From Promethearchaeota archaeon (GTDB taxonomy: Archaea; Asgardarchaeota; Lokiarchaeia; Sigyniarchaeales; SOKP01), in contig JAUVNS010000004.1 of NCBI GenBank assembly GCA_030599585.1, positions 32,001 through 96,000 on the forward strand: 64,000 bases of DNA. Direction: 5' to 3'. A program made the position numbers and the translations under genes. This document shows, in pieces, positions 20,754 through 29,776 of the stretch (position 1 is the first letter of the stretch; the number at the start of each line of letters is the position of its first letter). Below the pieces are notes generated by a model, which ran no database searches, had not been told where the DNA came from, and saw only the letters and a program-made list of their open reading frames with translations.

Positions 20754-21743
20754 CTAATAAATAACAAAATTTGTATAAGTCTTAAGTTCATCTAGAACAA
20801 AACTGGTAAAAGTATCCTCAATTTCATCGGATTGATATAAAATTTTTATGAATTCTGCGTAATCATCGACCTTTTTTACACGAACTATCGCAAATAAACC
20901 ATGTTGTTCCCCTATCCTGAAAAGATCGGTTATAAAGCTATTTTTTTCTAAATTTAAGGCAATTTCATTATACCTTGAAGGATCCTTGGGTTTAATTCTT
21001 ACGAGATATTTACCTCTAAATCCAATTTTTTTAGGACAAAAGTTAAGCGTATAATTAAGAATTACGTTATTTTTTTCAAGCTTTTTAATTCTGTTATGAA
21101 TTGTAGATTGGGAGATTTCTTGTAAAAAATCTTTGTACTTCTCTTTAATTATATCTTTAATCTCGTATGTCGAGATTGGTTTTATACTCTGGTTTTCTTG
21201 CATTATTTTTAAGATTACATAATCGATGCTATCAATTTCGAAATTGGGATCAATTTTATTGACATTTAACTCAATTCCATTAGTTTTGAACACTTTAATT
21301 GTCTCAATTATTTGGTATTTCTTAAAATATGATTGAGCCATTATTGTATCTATTATACTTAAAACCTGGTAATACTCCTCAGATGAATGAAAAATGAGTA
21401 AAGCAAATAGAGAATATTCCCCTAAAACTCCATCAAGAATTTTTAATTGAGAGATTTTTAACAAATTTTCCAAAAGTTCTGGTTCGTTAGGGTTGGTTTT
21501 AATCTCTAGCAATACATACTTTAAATTAATGGGAAGAATATTCGGATTAATATTGATTGTGAAATTACTAATTATTTTTTGACCCCTCAGAATATCAAGT
21601 TTATTCTGGTAAGTTTGTCTAGAGAGACCCAACGCGCGGGAATTTTTCGATATTACAAACTTGGTTTTACCTGTTAGATTTTTAATGAAGTGGTGGGCCT
21701 CCACTAAATATTTACTATTCTGCATAATATAACAATTTTGCAC
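20754..21743 (-). CDS. Tandem Lrp/AsnC-family transcriptional regulator
   Basis: Two HTH + RAM-like modules (LGLSRQTYQNKL; ISQSTIHNRIKKLE). Confidence 0.85.
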   Translation of the reverse strand: MQNCYIMQNSKYLVEAHHFIKNLTGKTKFVISKNSRALGLSRQTYQNKLDILRGQKIISNFTININPNILPINLKYVLLEIKTNPNEPELLENLLKISQLKILDGVLGEYSLFALLIFHSSEEYYQVLSIIDTIMAQSYFKKYQIIETIKVFKTNGIELNVNKIDPNFEIDSIDYVILKIMQENQSIKPISTYEIKDIIKEKYKDFLQEISQSTIHNRIKKLEKNNVILNYTLNFCPKKIGFRGKYLVRIKPKDPSRYNEIALNLEKNSFITDLFRIGEQHGLFAIVRVKKVDDYAEFIKILYQSDEIEDTFTSFVLDELKTYTNFVIY

Positions 21744-21864
21744 TTTTCTTCGGTAATATTAATTAAATGTTAAATAGATTTTAATTAAACTTTTGCCTTT
21801 AACCAAAAAAAGATTTATTAATTAATTAAAATTTATCTTCTTACAAAAAAGAAAATGATTTATT

Positions 21865-23133
21865 ATGGTAAATTATAAAGTTGCAGATGAAAACTTAGCT
21901 GGAAAAGGCAAAGAAGCGATATACATCGCTGAATCTAGAATGCCTGTTTCTGCTATAACAATTCGAGAACGATTCGCTAAGGAAAGACCTTTAGAAGGAA
22001 TCACAATTGCGGGCTGTCTTCATATCACAAAAGAAACTGCAAATCTTGCCAGAACTTTAAAGGCAGGAGGCGCCGATGTTTGGTTATGTGGAAGTAATCC
22101 CCTATCAACTCAAGATGATGTAGCGGCAGCTATGGTTAAAGAAGGAATTAATACATTTGCGTGGCATGGTAATACCGATGAGGAATTTTACTGGTGTATT
22201 CGAGAGTGTTTAAAAGCTAAACCAAATATCCTTATTGATGATGGTGCTGATATGATCGTTACAGCACATAAAGAATTTCCTGAACTAATTACGGATGGTG
22301 TAATAATCGGATGTCAAGAAGAAACTACTACAGGGGTAAAAAGATTCAGAGCAATGGATGCCGCTGGCGATCTAAAAGTCCCATTATTTCCTGTAAATGA
22401 TGCCCGATGTAAAAATCAATTCGATAACGAGTTAGGTACAGGACAAGGAATTGTTGCTGCCATCTATGGGATGCACGTACTTTTCGCAGGAAAAAATGTA
22501 GTAATAGCGGGATATGGCCATTGTTCTTCAGGAATGGCCCTTAGAGCACGAGGTTTGGGTGCCAATGTTACAGTGACTGAAATTGATCCGATAAAAGCTC
22601 TTCAAGCTAAATTTGCTGGTTTTAATGTTATGCCTATAGAAACAGCATTGCCTTATGCGGATATTATCTTAACTGCTACGGGTTGTAAGCACGTAATATT
22701 ACCTACCAAAGAGAATTTTGACGCTTTAAAGGATGGCGTCATTTTAGGCAATTTAGGACATTTCGACATTGAGATCCCAACCAAGGAGATTTATGAGTAT
22801 GCTAAGGAAATCAAACCTATAAGAAGTGATGTAGAAGAAATCACCTTTCCTGATGGCAAAAGAATATATCTGCTTGCTAAAGGAAGACTGGCTAATTTAG
22901 TTCTTTCTGAAGGTCACCCTGCAGAAGTCATGGATATGTCATTTGGCTTACAATCTCTCATGTCTGAATACATCGTTAAAAACAAAGATTCATTGAAACC
23001 TGGAATGGTAGAGGTTCCCGTTGAAATTGACGATAGAGTTGGATTCTTGAAACTTCAAGCAATGGGTATAGAAATAGATAAGCTCAATGAAGAACAATAT
23101 AACTACATCCACGGCTACGAACAAGGAACTTAA
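21865..23133 (+). CDS. ahcY: S-adenosylhomocysteine hydrolase
   Basis: CLHITKETA, SNPLSTQD, DDGAD, EETTTG, GHFDIEI, GHPAEVMD. Confidence 0.97.
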   Translation: MVNYKVADENLAGKGKEAIYIAESRMPVSAITIRERFAKERPLEGITIAGCLHITKETANLARTLKAGGADVWLCGSNPLSTQDDVAAAMVKEGINTFAWHGNTDEEFYWCIRECLKAKPNILIDDGADMIVTAHKEFPELITDGVIIGCQEETTTGVKRFRAMDAAGDLKVPLFPVNDARCKNQFDNELGTGQGIVAAIYGMHVLFAGKNVVIAGYGHCSSGMALRARGLGANVTVTEIDPIKALQAKFAGFNVMPIETALPYADIILTATGCKHVILPTKENFDALKDGVILGNLGHFDIEIPTKEIYEYAKEIKPIRSDVEEITFPDGKRIYLLAKGRLANLVLSEGHPAEVMDMSFGLQSLMSEYIVKNKDSLKPGMVEVPVEIDDRVGFLKLQAMGIEIDKLNEEQYNYIHGYEQGT

Positions 23134-23202
23134 AAACGCTCTAAATTTTAATATTTTTTAAAAACTTTTCAATTTTTCTTATTTCTTTTATTATTCTATT
23201 GT

Positions 23203-24243
23203 TCAGGCTTTAGGATTCAAAATATCACTAGCTGAAGCATCGTTGTAGATTTCTTTTGCCAAATTTTTTAATCCCTCTAAACCAATAGGTTCTTCTTTAA
23301 GTCTATTAGACTCCCATATTTTTTCATTTTTAAACTCGCTTTTAATCTCAACTAAATATCGCTGCTGAATTGAGGAAATTTGACCACAAAAGTCGCACTT
23401 CTTCGCATGTTTCTTAGGAATTATCATGTTGATATGAATGGCATCAAGGTTAATATATCTATTTGTTAAATCTCTTGCTCGTTTGACTTCTTCAAAGCTT
23501 GGTTTCTCAGCAATTGAAACTAGTCTTAATGATCCTACGGTATGGATCAATTCTGAGATTCTCTCACCACGGTTCTCCAAAGCAACCATCATATTAAAAA
23601 TATCTTTACCTAGTTCTTTTCTTTTTTCGTAATCATCATCAAAAGGTTTAAAAAGTTGTCTAAACATCTTTGAAAAATTCTGCATCGCCCCTTTAATAGA
23701 ATTATAGAAATTTAATGAATATTTTAGGACAACTTTGACCTGATCCTCTGGGATTTCAAAAAGAGTGATCATGTTAGCAGTCGGAGGAAAATCAGCTATA
23801 ATGATATCAAATTGTAAATCTTGAGAATTATTGTCCTCTGCATCTAAGATTTTTTGAAAAAACATGGCATTTTTTAAAGCCAAGGGTATAGAATCTGAAG
23901 TAAAAGTAGTATCAATAAATTCCTCAATTTGTGGGATTCTACCAACTAAAGGCATCTGCTTCATAAGAGTTTTCATCTTATTAACTAAATCCTTAGTATA
24001 AATTTCAGCGTATACATTTGCATCGGGTTCAATCGCCCACAAATTACTCGTAATAGGTGTAATTGTGTTTCCTATATCTTTTGATAGGAGATCTGATAAA
24101 TTATGAGCCATATCAAAAGAAATGAGAAGCAACTTCTTTTCTGGTAATAAATCCGATAATAATACTGCAGTCGCAGCACTTATGCTGCTTTTCCCGACTC
24201 CACCTTTCCCACCTAAAACTAATATTTTCTCTATCATTGCCAA
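23203..24243 (-). CDS. ArsA/GET3-family ATPase
   Basis: GKGGVGKS, SFDMAHNL, DFPPT, C-terminal CDFC, EPIGLEGL. Confidence 0.88.
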   Translation of the reverse strand: MAMIEKILVLGGKGGVGKSSISAATAVLLSDLLPEKKLLLISFDMAHNLSDLLSKDIGNTITPITSNLWAIEPDANVYAEIYTKDLVNKMKTLMKQMPLVGRIPQIEEFIDTTFTSDSIPLALKNAMFFQKILDAEDNNSQDLQFDIIIADFPPTANMITLFEIPEDQVKVVLKYSLNFYNSIKGAMQNFSKMFRQLFKPFDDDYEKRKELGKDIFNMMVALENRGERISELIHTVGSLRLVSIAEKPSFEEVKRARDLTNRYINLDAIHINMIIPKKHAKKCDFCGQISSIQQRYLVEIKSEFKNEKIWESNRLKEEPIGLEGLKNLAKEIYNDASASDILNPKA

Positions 24244-24342
24244 TAATAAGATTTGTTGTTATTCAAAATTAGAAATTAAATATCATAAATAATGATATTT
24301 ATTTAATCCATAATTCAAGAATTTTAGTAATTCGACATCAAA

Positions 24343-24525
24343 TTATTGATTATTTTTAGGGAAAAAAACTAACCTCCCAGAAATAGAGGGTTGGTCAGCA
24401 TTCTTATTTTCCTCGAAATAAAAATAAAATCTCCCAATATCAGTATTGATTCGGTATTTCGTTCTTTTTTTTGCATTTTTTGCAAAAATTTCCCTTACTA
24501 GTTTTCCGTTCCAGTAAAGACTCAT
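24343..24525 (-). CDS. Small hypothetical protein
   Basis: 60-aa ORF; frame open upstream to 24636; no motif. Confidence 0.35.
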   Translation of the reverse strand: MSLYWNGKLVREIFAKNAKKRTKYRINTDIGRFYFYFEENKNADQPSISGRLVFFPKNNQ

Positions 24526-24739
24526 GCAAGTAAAATTATAATCATGAAATAAAAAATCACATTTTATGGAGATAATATAACTATGAAGGTCAATTCTTAT
24601 TTTATTCTTAAATTGACAAAAGATAAATCTAATAAATTATTCTTATAAACTAGTCATCAATAAAATTTTGATTATTTATTACAAATTAAATTTCCAATTC
24701 ATATTATTACATTAAAATATTAATCGAATAAGTAAATTT

Positions 24740-24781
24740 TTCAATAAATATCGTAAATTATTCAATAAATATCGTAAATTA
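24740..24781. repeat. Exact 21-bp tandem repeat in AT-rich intergenic region
   Basis: TTCAATAAATATCGTAAATTA x2, followed by several AATCAA units. Confidence 0.9.
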
Positions 24782-24980
24782 AACAAATTAATCAAGTAAA
24801 TCAATCAAAAAAAAAAATCAATCAAAGAATTAAATTAAAATTATTATTCAAACTTATAACGATATACAGGAAGTATACCTAATTCAAGCTTAATAAAGGT
24901 AAACAAAACAATTCCAAAAGATTAAGTATTCAAGATCTTGGTTAGAAATAATCAATTTAACCGTAGGTCTTATCCATTAG

Positions 24981-26240
24981 TTGGATTTTACTTCTTTTTA
25001 TAAGTTTATAATTAATTTTGATTCTTTGATAAAATCAAATATTAAAAAGAAAAAAGGAGTGATGAAAATTACATCTAATACTGTAGATTTTACTACTAAA
25101 TATGTTATAGAAGCCAAGTTCAAAATTAAAGGTGTCGTTGCACAATCAGACATAGTGGGAGCAGTTTTTGGACAAACCGAGGGATTGCTCTTAGACTTGG
25201 ATTTACGTGATCTTCAAAAATCTGGACGAATCGGGAGAATTGAAGTTGATAACGAATCTAAGGATGGGATATCTGAAGGAATTATTAAAATCCCCTCTAG
25301 CCTAACTCGTAAAGAGACTGCTCTGTTAGCTGCGACTGTAGAAACAGTTTCTCGCGTAGGTCCTTGTGAGGCTGAAATTGAATTAATAGATATCCGAGAT
25401 GTCAGAGAATCTAAACGTAAACAAATTATTGAGCGTGCTGCAGAATTATTAAGAAAATGGGATGAGAATTCTTTAGAATCGAGCGAGATCGAAGAAAAAA
25501 TCGACGCAGGTATTAAACTTGGAGAAATAACATCTTGGGGTCCGGAGAACTTACCCGCAGGTCCCAATGTTGATTCTAGCCAAGAATTAATAATCGTTGA
25601 AGGTCGAGCAGATGTATTAAACCTCTTACGAATCGGAGTTAAAAATACCATTGCAACCCAAGGCACACACGTACCAAAATCTGTTGTAAAATTAATTAAG
25701 ACTAAAAAACCTGTGATAGCGTTCTTAGATGGAGATCGTGGGGGCACCATTATATTGAATGAATTAATGCAACGAGCAAAAGTTGATTTTGTAGCTAGAG
25801 CACCTGAAGGCTTAGAAGTTGAGGAACTTACTCGTAAACAAATGATTAAAGCTCTTCAGAACAAGAAACCCGCAAGGGATAAAAAAACATCATATAGCAA
25901 AGCGAAAAAGGAAGATGCTGGAAAAGGCACTTTGTTGGAAAAATTGCTTAAGAAGTTAAAAGTAAAAAATCAGAAAGCGTTAATCGATAGTCTCGAGAAA
26001 ATTGAGCCCGGATATAGTATAGGATTTAATAAGAGTATGGAGAAACTATTTGAACTCCCAGTGGGAGAAGTCTTTGCAAAAATTAATGAGTTTAAAGATA
26101 CTCAATTTCTAGTAATATACGGAATTCTCTCTAAACGATTGATCTCACTAATAGTAAAGATGAAAGTAAAATTTATCGCATGCAAGAACAAAGAGGAAGA
26201 ATTACGAGTACCAGATCAGGTCGCAGTTTATTACTTTTAA
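24981..26240 (+). CDS. dnaG: Archaeal DnaG (Toprim; exosome-associated)
   Basis: GAVFGQTEGLL, GRIGRI, VEGRADV, FLDGDRGG; true start probably at the MKITSN ATG (25062). Confidence 0.95.
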   Translation: MDFTSFYKFIINFDSLIKSNIKKKKGVMKITSNTVDFTTKYVIEAKFKIKGVVAQSDIVGAVFGQTEGLLLDLDLRDLQKSGRIGRIEVDNESKDGISEGIIKIPSSLTRKETALLAATVETVSRVGPCEAEIELIDIRDVRESKRKQIIERAAELLRKWDENSLESSEIEEKIDAGIKLGEITSWGPENLPAGPNVDSSQELIIVEGRADVLNLLRIGVKNTIATQGTHVPKSVVKLIKTKKPVIAFLDGDRGGTIILNELMQRAKVDFVARAPEGLEVEELTRKQMIKALQNKKPARDKKTSYSKAKKEDAGKGTLLEKLLKKLKVKNQKALIDSLEKIEPGYSIGFNKSMEKLFELPVGEVFAKINEFKDTQFLVIYGILSKRLISLIVKMKVKFIACKNKEEELRVPDQVAVYYF

Positions 26241-26297
26241 ACCTAAAAAGTTTTTTACTACTTTTTTTTAATAATTAATAATCCTAATAATTAAGTG

Positions 26298-26729
26298 TTA
26301 AATCTGGTTGCAATTAACTGTAATAGGTAACCCATCTGCTATTGAGCTTGTTACTATACAATTTTCCTTAAATTCTTTTACGCATTTATTAATTCTTTCC
26401 TTTGTAGTATTTTCCTTTACAGTAAAATTCATCTCAACATCCACATTAACTAATTTCAAACGTTTTTTAGGACCGATATGAGATAATTTACCATCAACTA
26501 ACACGTTACATGCATTTAATTCTATGTTCATTTTTTGAAGACAATAGATAAATGTTGTTCCTAAACAGCCTCCAATACCAACTAATAAATATTCTACTGC
26601 GCTTGGTCCTAGATTTGTTCCATGAAAAGAGGCAGGCTCATCAACATTAAAATCATTGAAATTTCTTACAGAAGCTTTGAAATGAAGGTCTTTATTATAG
26701 GCTAAGGTTACTTTCATAAAACTCAACAA
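26298..26729 (-). CDS. OsmC-family protein
   Basis: DEPASFHGTNLGPSAVEYLL..IGGC and second Cys in NCIV. Confidence 0.88.
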   Translation of the reverse strand: MLSFMKVTLAYNKDLHFKASVRNFNDFNVDEPASFHGTNLGPSAVEYLLVGIGGCLGTTFIYCLQKMNIELNACNVLVDGKLSHIGPKKRLKLVNVDVEMNFTVKENTTKERINKCVKEFKENCIVTSSIADGLPITVNCNQI

Positions 26730-26776
26730 TAAAAACTATTTTAATTAAAGATGAAAAGAAGTTTAATTTTAAAACT

Positions 26777-27028
26777 CTAACGAATTCCTAAAAGACCATT
26801 TATCAAAGTCCAGATAAGTTGAATCACGTAAGATAGAACTCCTAACACTAATATTCCAATAGCACATATCTTAAACACTAAGAAGTAATCTTTCCTTCCT
26901 GGTTTATTAGCAATTTTGATAATTCTTTTCGAATTTTGAAAAAAGACGCCTATGCGCTCGTAAAGGGATAATTTCCCCTTTTTATCGTATTTTGAATATT
27001 GATCATATTTAGGATAATTATTTGACAC
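26777..27028 (-). CDS. secE: Protein translocase SecE/Sec61-gamma
   Basis: RIIKIANKPGRKDY followed by a C-terminal TM helix; follows ftsY. Confidence 0.9.
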   Translation of the reverse strand: MSNNYPKYDQYSKYDKKGKLSLYERIGVFFQNSKRIIKIANKPGRKDYFLVFKICAIGILVLGVLSYVIQLIWTLINGLLGIR

Positions 27029-27085
27029 AAATAGATTAAAAATAAATATTTAAAAAATTTAACTATTAGTTTGGTAATTCGTTTT

Positions 27086-28000
27086 CTAATCTTCCTTAAT
27101 GCCTAGTATATTAGAAATGAATACTTGAATGTTGAAGGGTTCTAGATCGTCATAACCTTGTCCGATACCCACGAAGAGAATTGGTTTTTTAGTTTCGTAT
27201 GAAATTGATAATGCAGATCCTCCCTTCGCATCAGCATCAAATTTAGTTAGGATGTTAGCGTCGATTCCTACACTTTTATTGAATTCTTTTGCTTGGGTTA
27301 ACGCGTCATTACCCGCAAGACTATCGCCAATAAACAAAATTAGATCCGGCTCAGCCACCTTCACAATTTTTTGCATTTCTCTCATCAAATTCTTATTACT
27401 AACTTGTCTCCCTGCAGTGTCTACTAAAACGACATCAACATTTTTTGCTTCTGCGTGTTGAATCGCATCGAACGCAACGCTCGCAGGATCAGATTTGTAT
27501 GCGTGTTTAATAACTCTAATTCCAACATTTTGCATATGGTAGGATAGTTGTTCTAAAGCACCAGCTCTAAAAGTATCTGCTGCTGCTGCTACAGAAGATA
27601 TATCATTCTTTTTTAGATAATGAGCTATTTTTGCAATCGTTGTAGTTTTGCCAGTTCCATTAACTCCTAGAAAACACATAACATAAGGTTTATTTTGCTT
27701 GTTAACATTCCTAATCTCATCAATTAAATTGATCTCTCTTTCTGGAGTTAAAATTTCTTTAACTACTTCTCTTAAAATATCAAAAAGAAACTTTTTTTTT
27801 GATGTTAAACGACTTATTTGTTCACCTTTCAGAGATTCACTAACTTTTTGGCAAAGGGCATCAGCAGTTTCTATGGCTACATCATTACTGATTAAAAGTA
27901 AATTAAGTTCTTTTAATGTGCTTTCTAAATTATCGGATGTCAGTGTTTTTTTAACAAAAGTAGAGAAAATATTACCTAATTTTTTCATCGATTTAATCAC
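27086..28000 (-). CDS. ftsY: SRP receptor FtsY
   Basis: GVNGTGKTTT, DTFRAGA, DTAGR, TKFDADAKGG. Confidence 0.96.
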   Translation of the reverse strand: MIKSMKKLGNIFSTFVKKTLTSDNLESTLKELNLLLISNDVAIETADALCQKVSESLKGEQISRLTSKKKFLFDILREVVKEILTPEREINLIDEIRNVNKQNKPYVMCFLGVNGTGKTTTIAKIAHYLKKNDISSVAAAADTFRAGALEQLSYHMQNVGIRVIKHAYKSDPASVAFDAIQHAEAKNVDVVLVDTAGRQVSNKNLMREMQKIVKVAEPDLILFIGDSLAGNDALTQAKEFNKSVGIDANILTKFDADAKGGSALSISYETKKPILFVGIGQGYDDLEPFNIQVFISNILGIKED

Positions 28001-28020
28001 AAAAAAGAGTTTACCATAAA

Positions 28021-28446
28021 TTACTGTTGACTCATCCTGTTTTGAAGCATTTGATTCATTCCTTGAAGATTCATATCTAAGGCAAAGATTCTTTCCTTGA
28101 GAAATTTTAATTGGTTATTGTGTTGCTCAATAAGTTTATTTAAAAATTCAATGGCTTCTTCCACAGTTTTTTCAATAACCGTATCTTGATTTACAGACAC
28201 AAGAACATTTTTGGTATCTTTAATCGTTGCTTTTATGCTTGCCAATCCTCCAATGGGGATTAGTATTTCGTCGTTTTCGTTAACGCCCTCGAGAAGACTA
28301 TCCAAAGTTCGTTTAGTATTAAAAAGATTTCCAAGAGAAGCATTTACAATTTCGAATTGACCTTGAAACACATCTCTCTGTTCTTTAAGATATCTAAACT
28401 GATTTACTTGTTGTTCAAAATTTTGGTTATTTTCCATACAAATCAA
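28021..28446 (-). CDS. pfdA: Prefoldin alpha subunit
   Basis: Coiled coils flanking EILIPIGG...VLVSV...IEKT; conserved operon position. Confidence 0.92.
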   Translation of the reverse strand: MICMENNQNFEQQVNQFRYLKEQRDVFQGQFEIVNASLGNLFNTKRTLDSLLEGVNENDEILIPIGGLASIKATIKDTKNVLVSVNQDTVIEKTVEEAIEFLNKLIEQHNNQLKFLKERIFALDMNLQGMNQMLQNRMSQQ

Positions 28447-28464
28447 CTTTTTTTTAAAAATTAT

Positions 28465-28698
28465 CTATTTAGATAATTCTCGTATTAGATAATCTTGAGC
28501 TTCGTCAGGAGATATTACTTTTATTTCTTTAATTTTAATTTGTCTTCTTAAAATACCTATCGAGGTAATTTGAGTTAAAGCTTTTTCTAAGGCATCTTTC
28601 TCCTTTAAAGCTCGAACCTCCTTCCGAAATAAATATTTTCTGAACTTCTTATTATAAGTTCCTATGATCCTAAAAATCTTAATTTCACTTTCTGACAT
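28465..28698 (-). CDS. rpl18a: Ribosomal protein L18a/LX (eL20)
   Basis: KIFRIIG...FRKEVRALKEKDALEK...RRQIKI; between aIF6 and pfdA. Confidence 0.9.
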   Translation of the reverse strand: MSESEIKIFRIIGTYNKKFRKYLFRKEVRALKEKDALEKALTQITSIGILRRQIKIKEIKVISPDEAQDYLIRELSK

Positions 28699-28805
28699 AA
28701 GTTAACACTTCCAATACATCAACGAAGTTGAACATGATAATAATTTTAAAAATATTAAATTTTGCTTTTTTAATAGGACTAAAGATAACTTTTGGATAGT
28801 AAGAT

Positions 28806-29486
28806 TTATAACATTAACACATTAGTTAAACGCATCATTTCAGGACCCGTGCATTGATGACCAAAGATGCCACTTCGATCGTTGACAACCGCACCTGAAG
28901 AGAGATAGGGTATACCTCTGTTTACAGTAGATACATCTGTTTCATTGACTTTTAAAATATCGGTAATTATTTCGATCTCGTCGTCGGTTGTTAATGGATG
29001 CACTAGACAGCCTTTATTGTTAGCAACTGAAATCGATCCGGGAAGATTCATATCTACGTATTCATAAACTATAGTTTCAACCTTTAAAATATCTTCAATT
29101 ACGTTCTTGTACTCCTTTAAGAAAGAAGAGATTATCGCACCTTTATCATTACATAATATTAAATTACCAAATGCATTATCTTTAGATTTAAGAACTCCTA
29201 TTTGATAATCACTGTTTAAATTGGTTGTGTACGTCTTTAAATTTTGAAGTTCTTCCTCTCTAATTATGTGTGGAACGATTATTCCATTTTTATTACTTGC
29301 TGTGTATACTCCTATTAAGCTGGAATTATTAATCGAAATAGGAAAAAAAGGTTCCTTGAATGCGCTTTTAATTTTTTCAATTGCTGGTGCGATTAGAGTA
29401 GGAGGGTATAAGCCATAAAGGTTATTTACAGCTAAGTAAACACCTACCGAATTCCCTCCAAAAACCTGATACTTTAAAATCGTCAT
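28806..29486 (-). CDS. eif6: Translation initiation factor aIF6
   Basis: GNLILCNDKGA, NNKGCLVHP, STVNRG, TGPEM. Confidence 0.95.
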   Translation of the reverse strand: MTILKYQVFGGNSVGVYLAVNNLYGLYPPTLIAPAIEKIKSAFKEPFFPISINNSSLIGVYTASNKNGIIVPHIIREEELQNLKTYTTNLNSDYQIGVLKSKDNAFGNLILCNDKGAIISSFLKEYKNVIEDILKVETIVYEYVDMNLPGSISVANNKGCLVHPLTTDDEIEIITDILKVNETDVSTVNRGIPYLSSGAVVNDRSGIFGHQCTGPEMMRLTNVLML

Positions 29487-29776
29487 TTAACAAAACTAAC
29501 TTATATTTTATGTGTTGGATAAAGTTTCAAATCATAAATATTTTATTAAAAATGCGTAGGATTAATAGGTCTACTACAAACCATTTAGAATTTTTATTCT
29601 TAACAATTCTCCTCCCAAAGCTTAAGACAATCCTGATTTGTAAGGACTCTCCATTTTAATGTGTGAACAAATATGTAATTGCCTTTTTCTTTTTTAAAAC
29701 ACGTTGGCCATAACCTTACTAAGGTAAATGGCATTTTCGTAAACCTTTATAAGTGAGTTAATAACAATTATGAATT

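Noticed and set aside
24530-24980. Replication origin
   Set aside because: No ORB-like boxes seen and no adjacent orc1/cdc6; archaeal dnaG is not an origin marker
25214-25750. 178-aa antisense ORF, and similar shadows (e.g. 32495-32923, 43699-44103, 50778-51197, 63143-63349, 63550-63738)
   Set aside because: They overlap well-supported genes and carry no motifs
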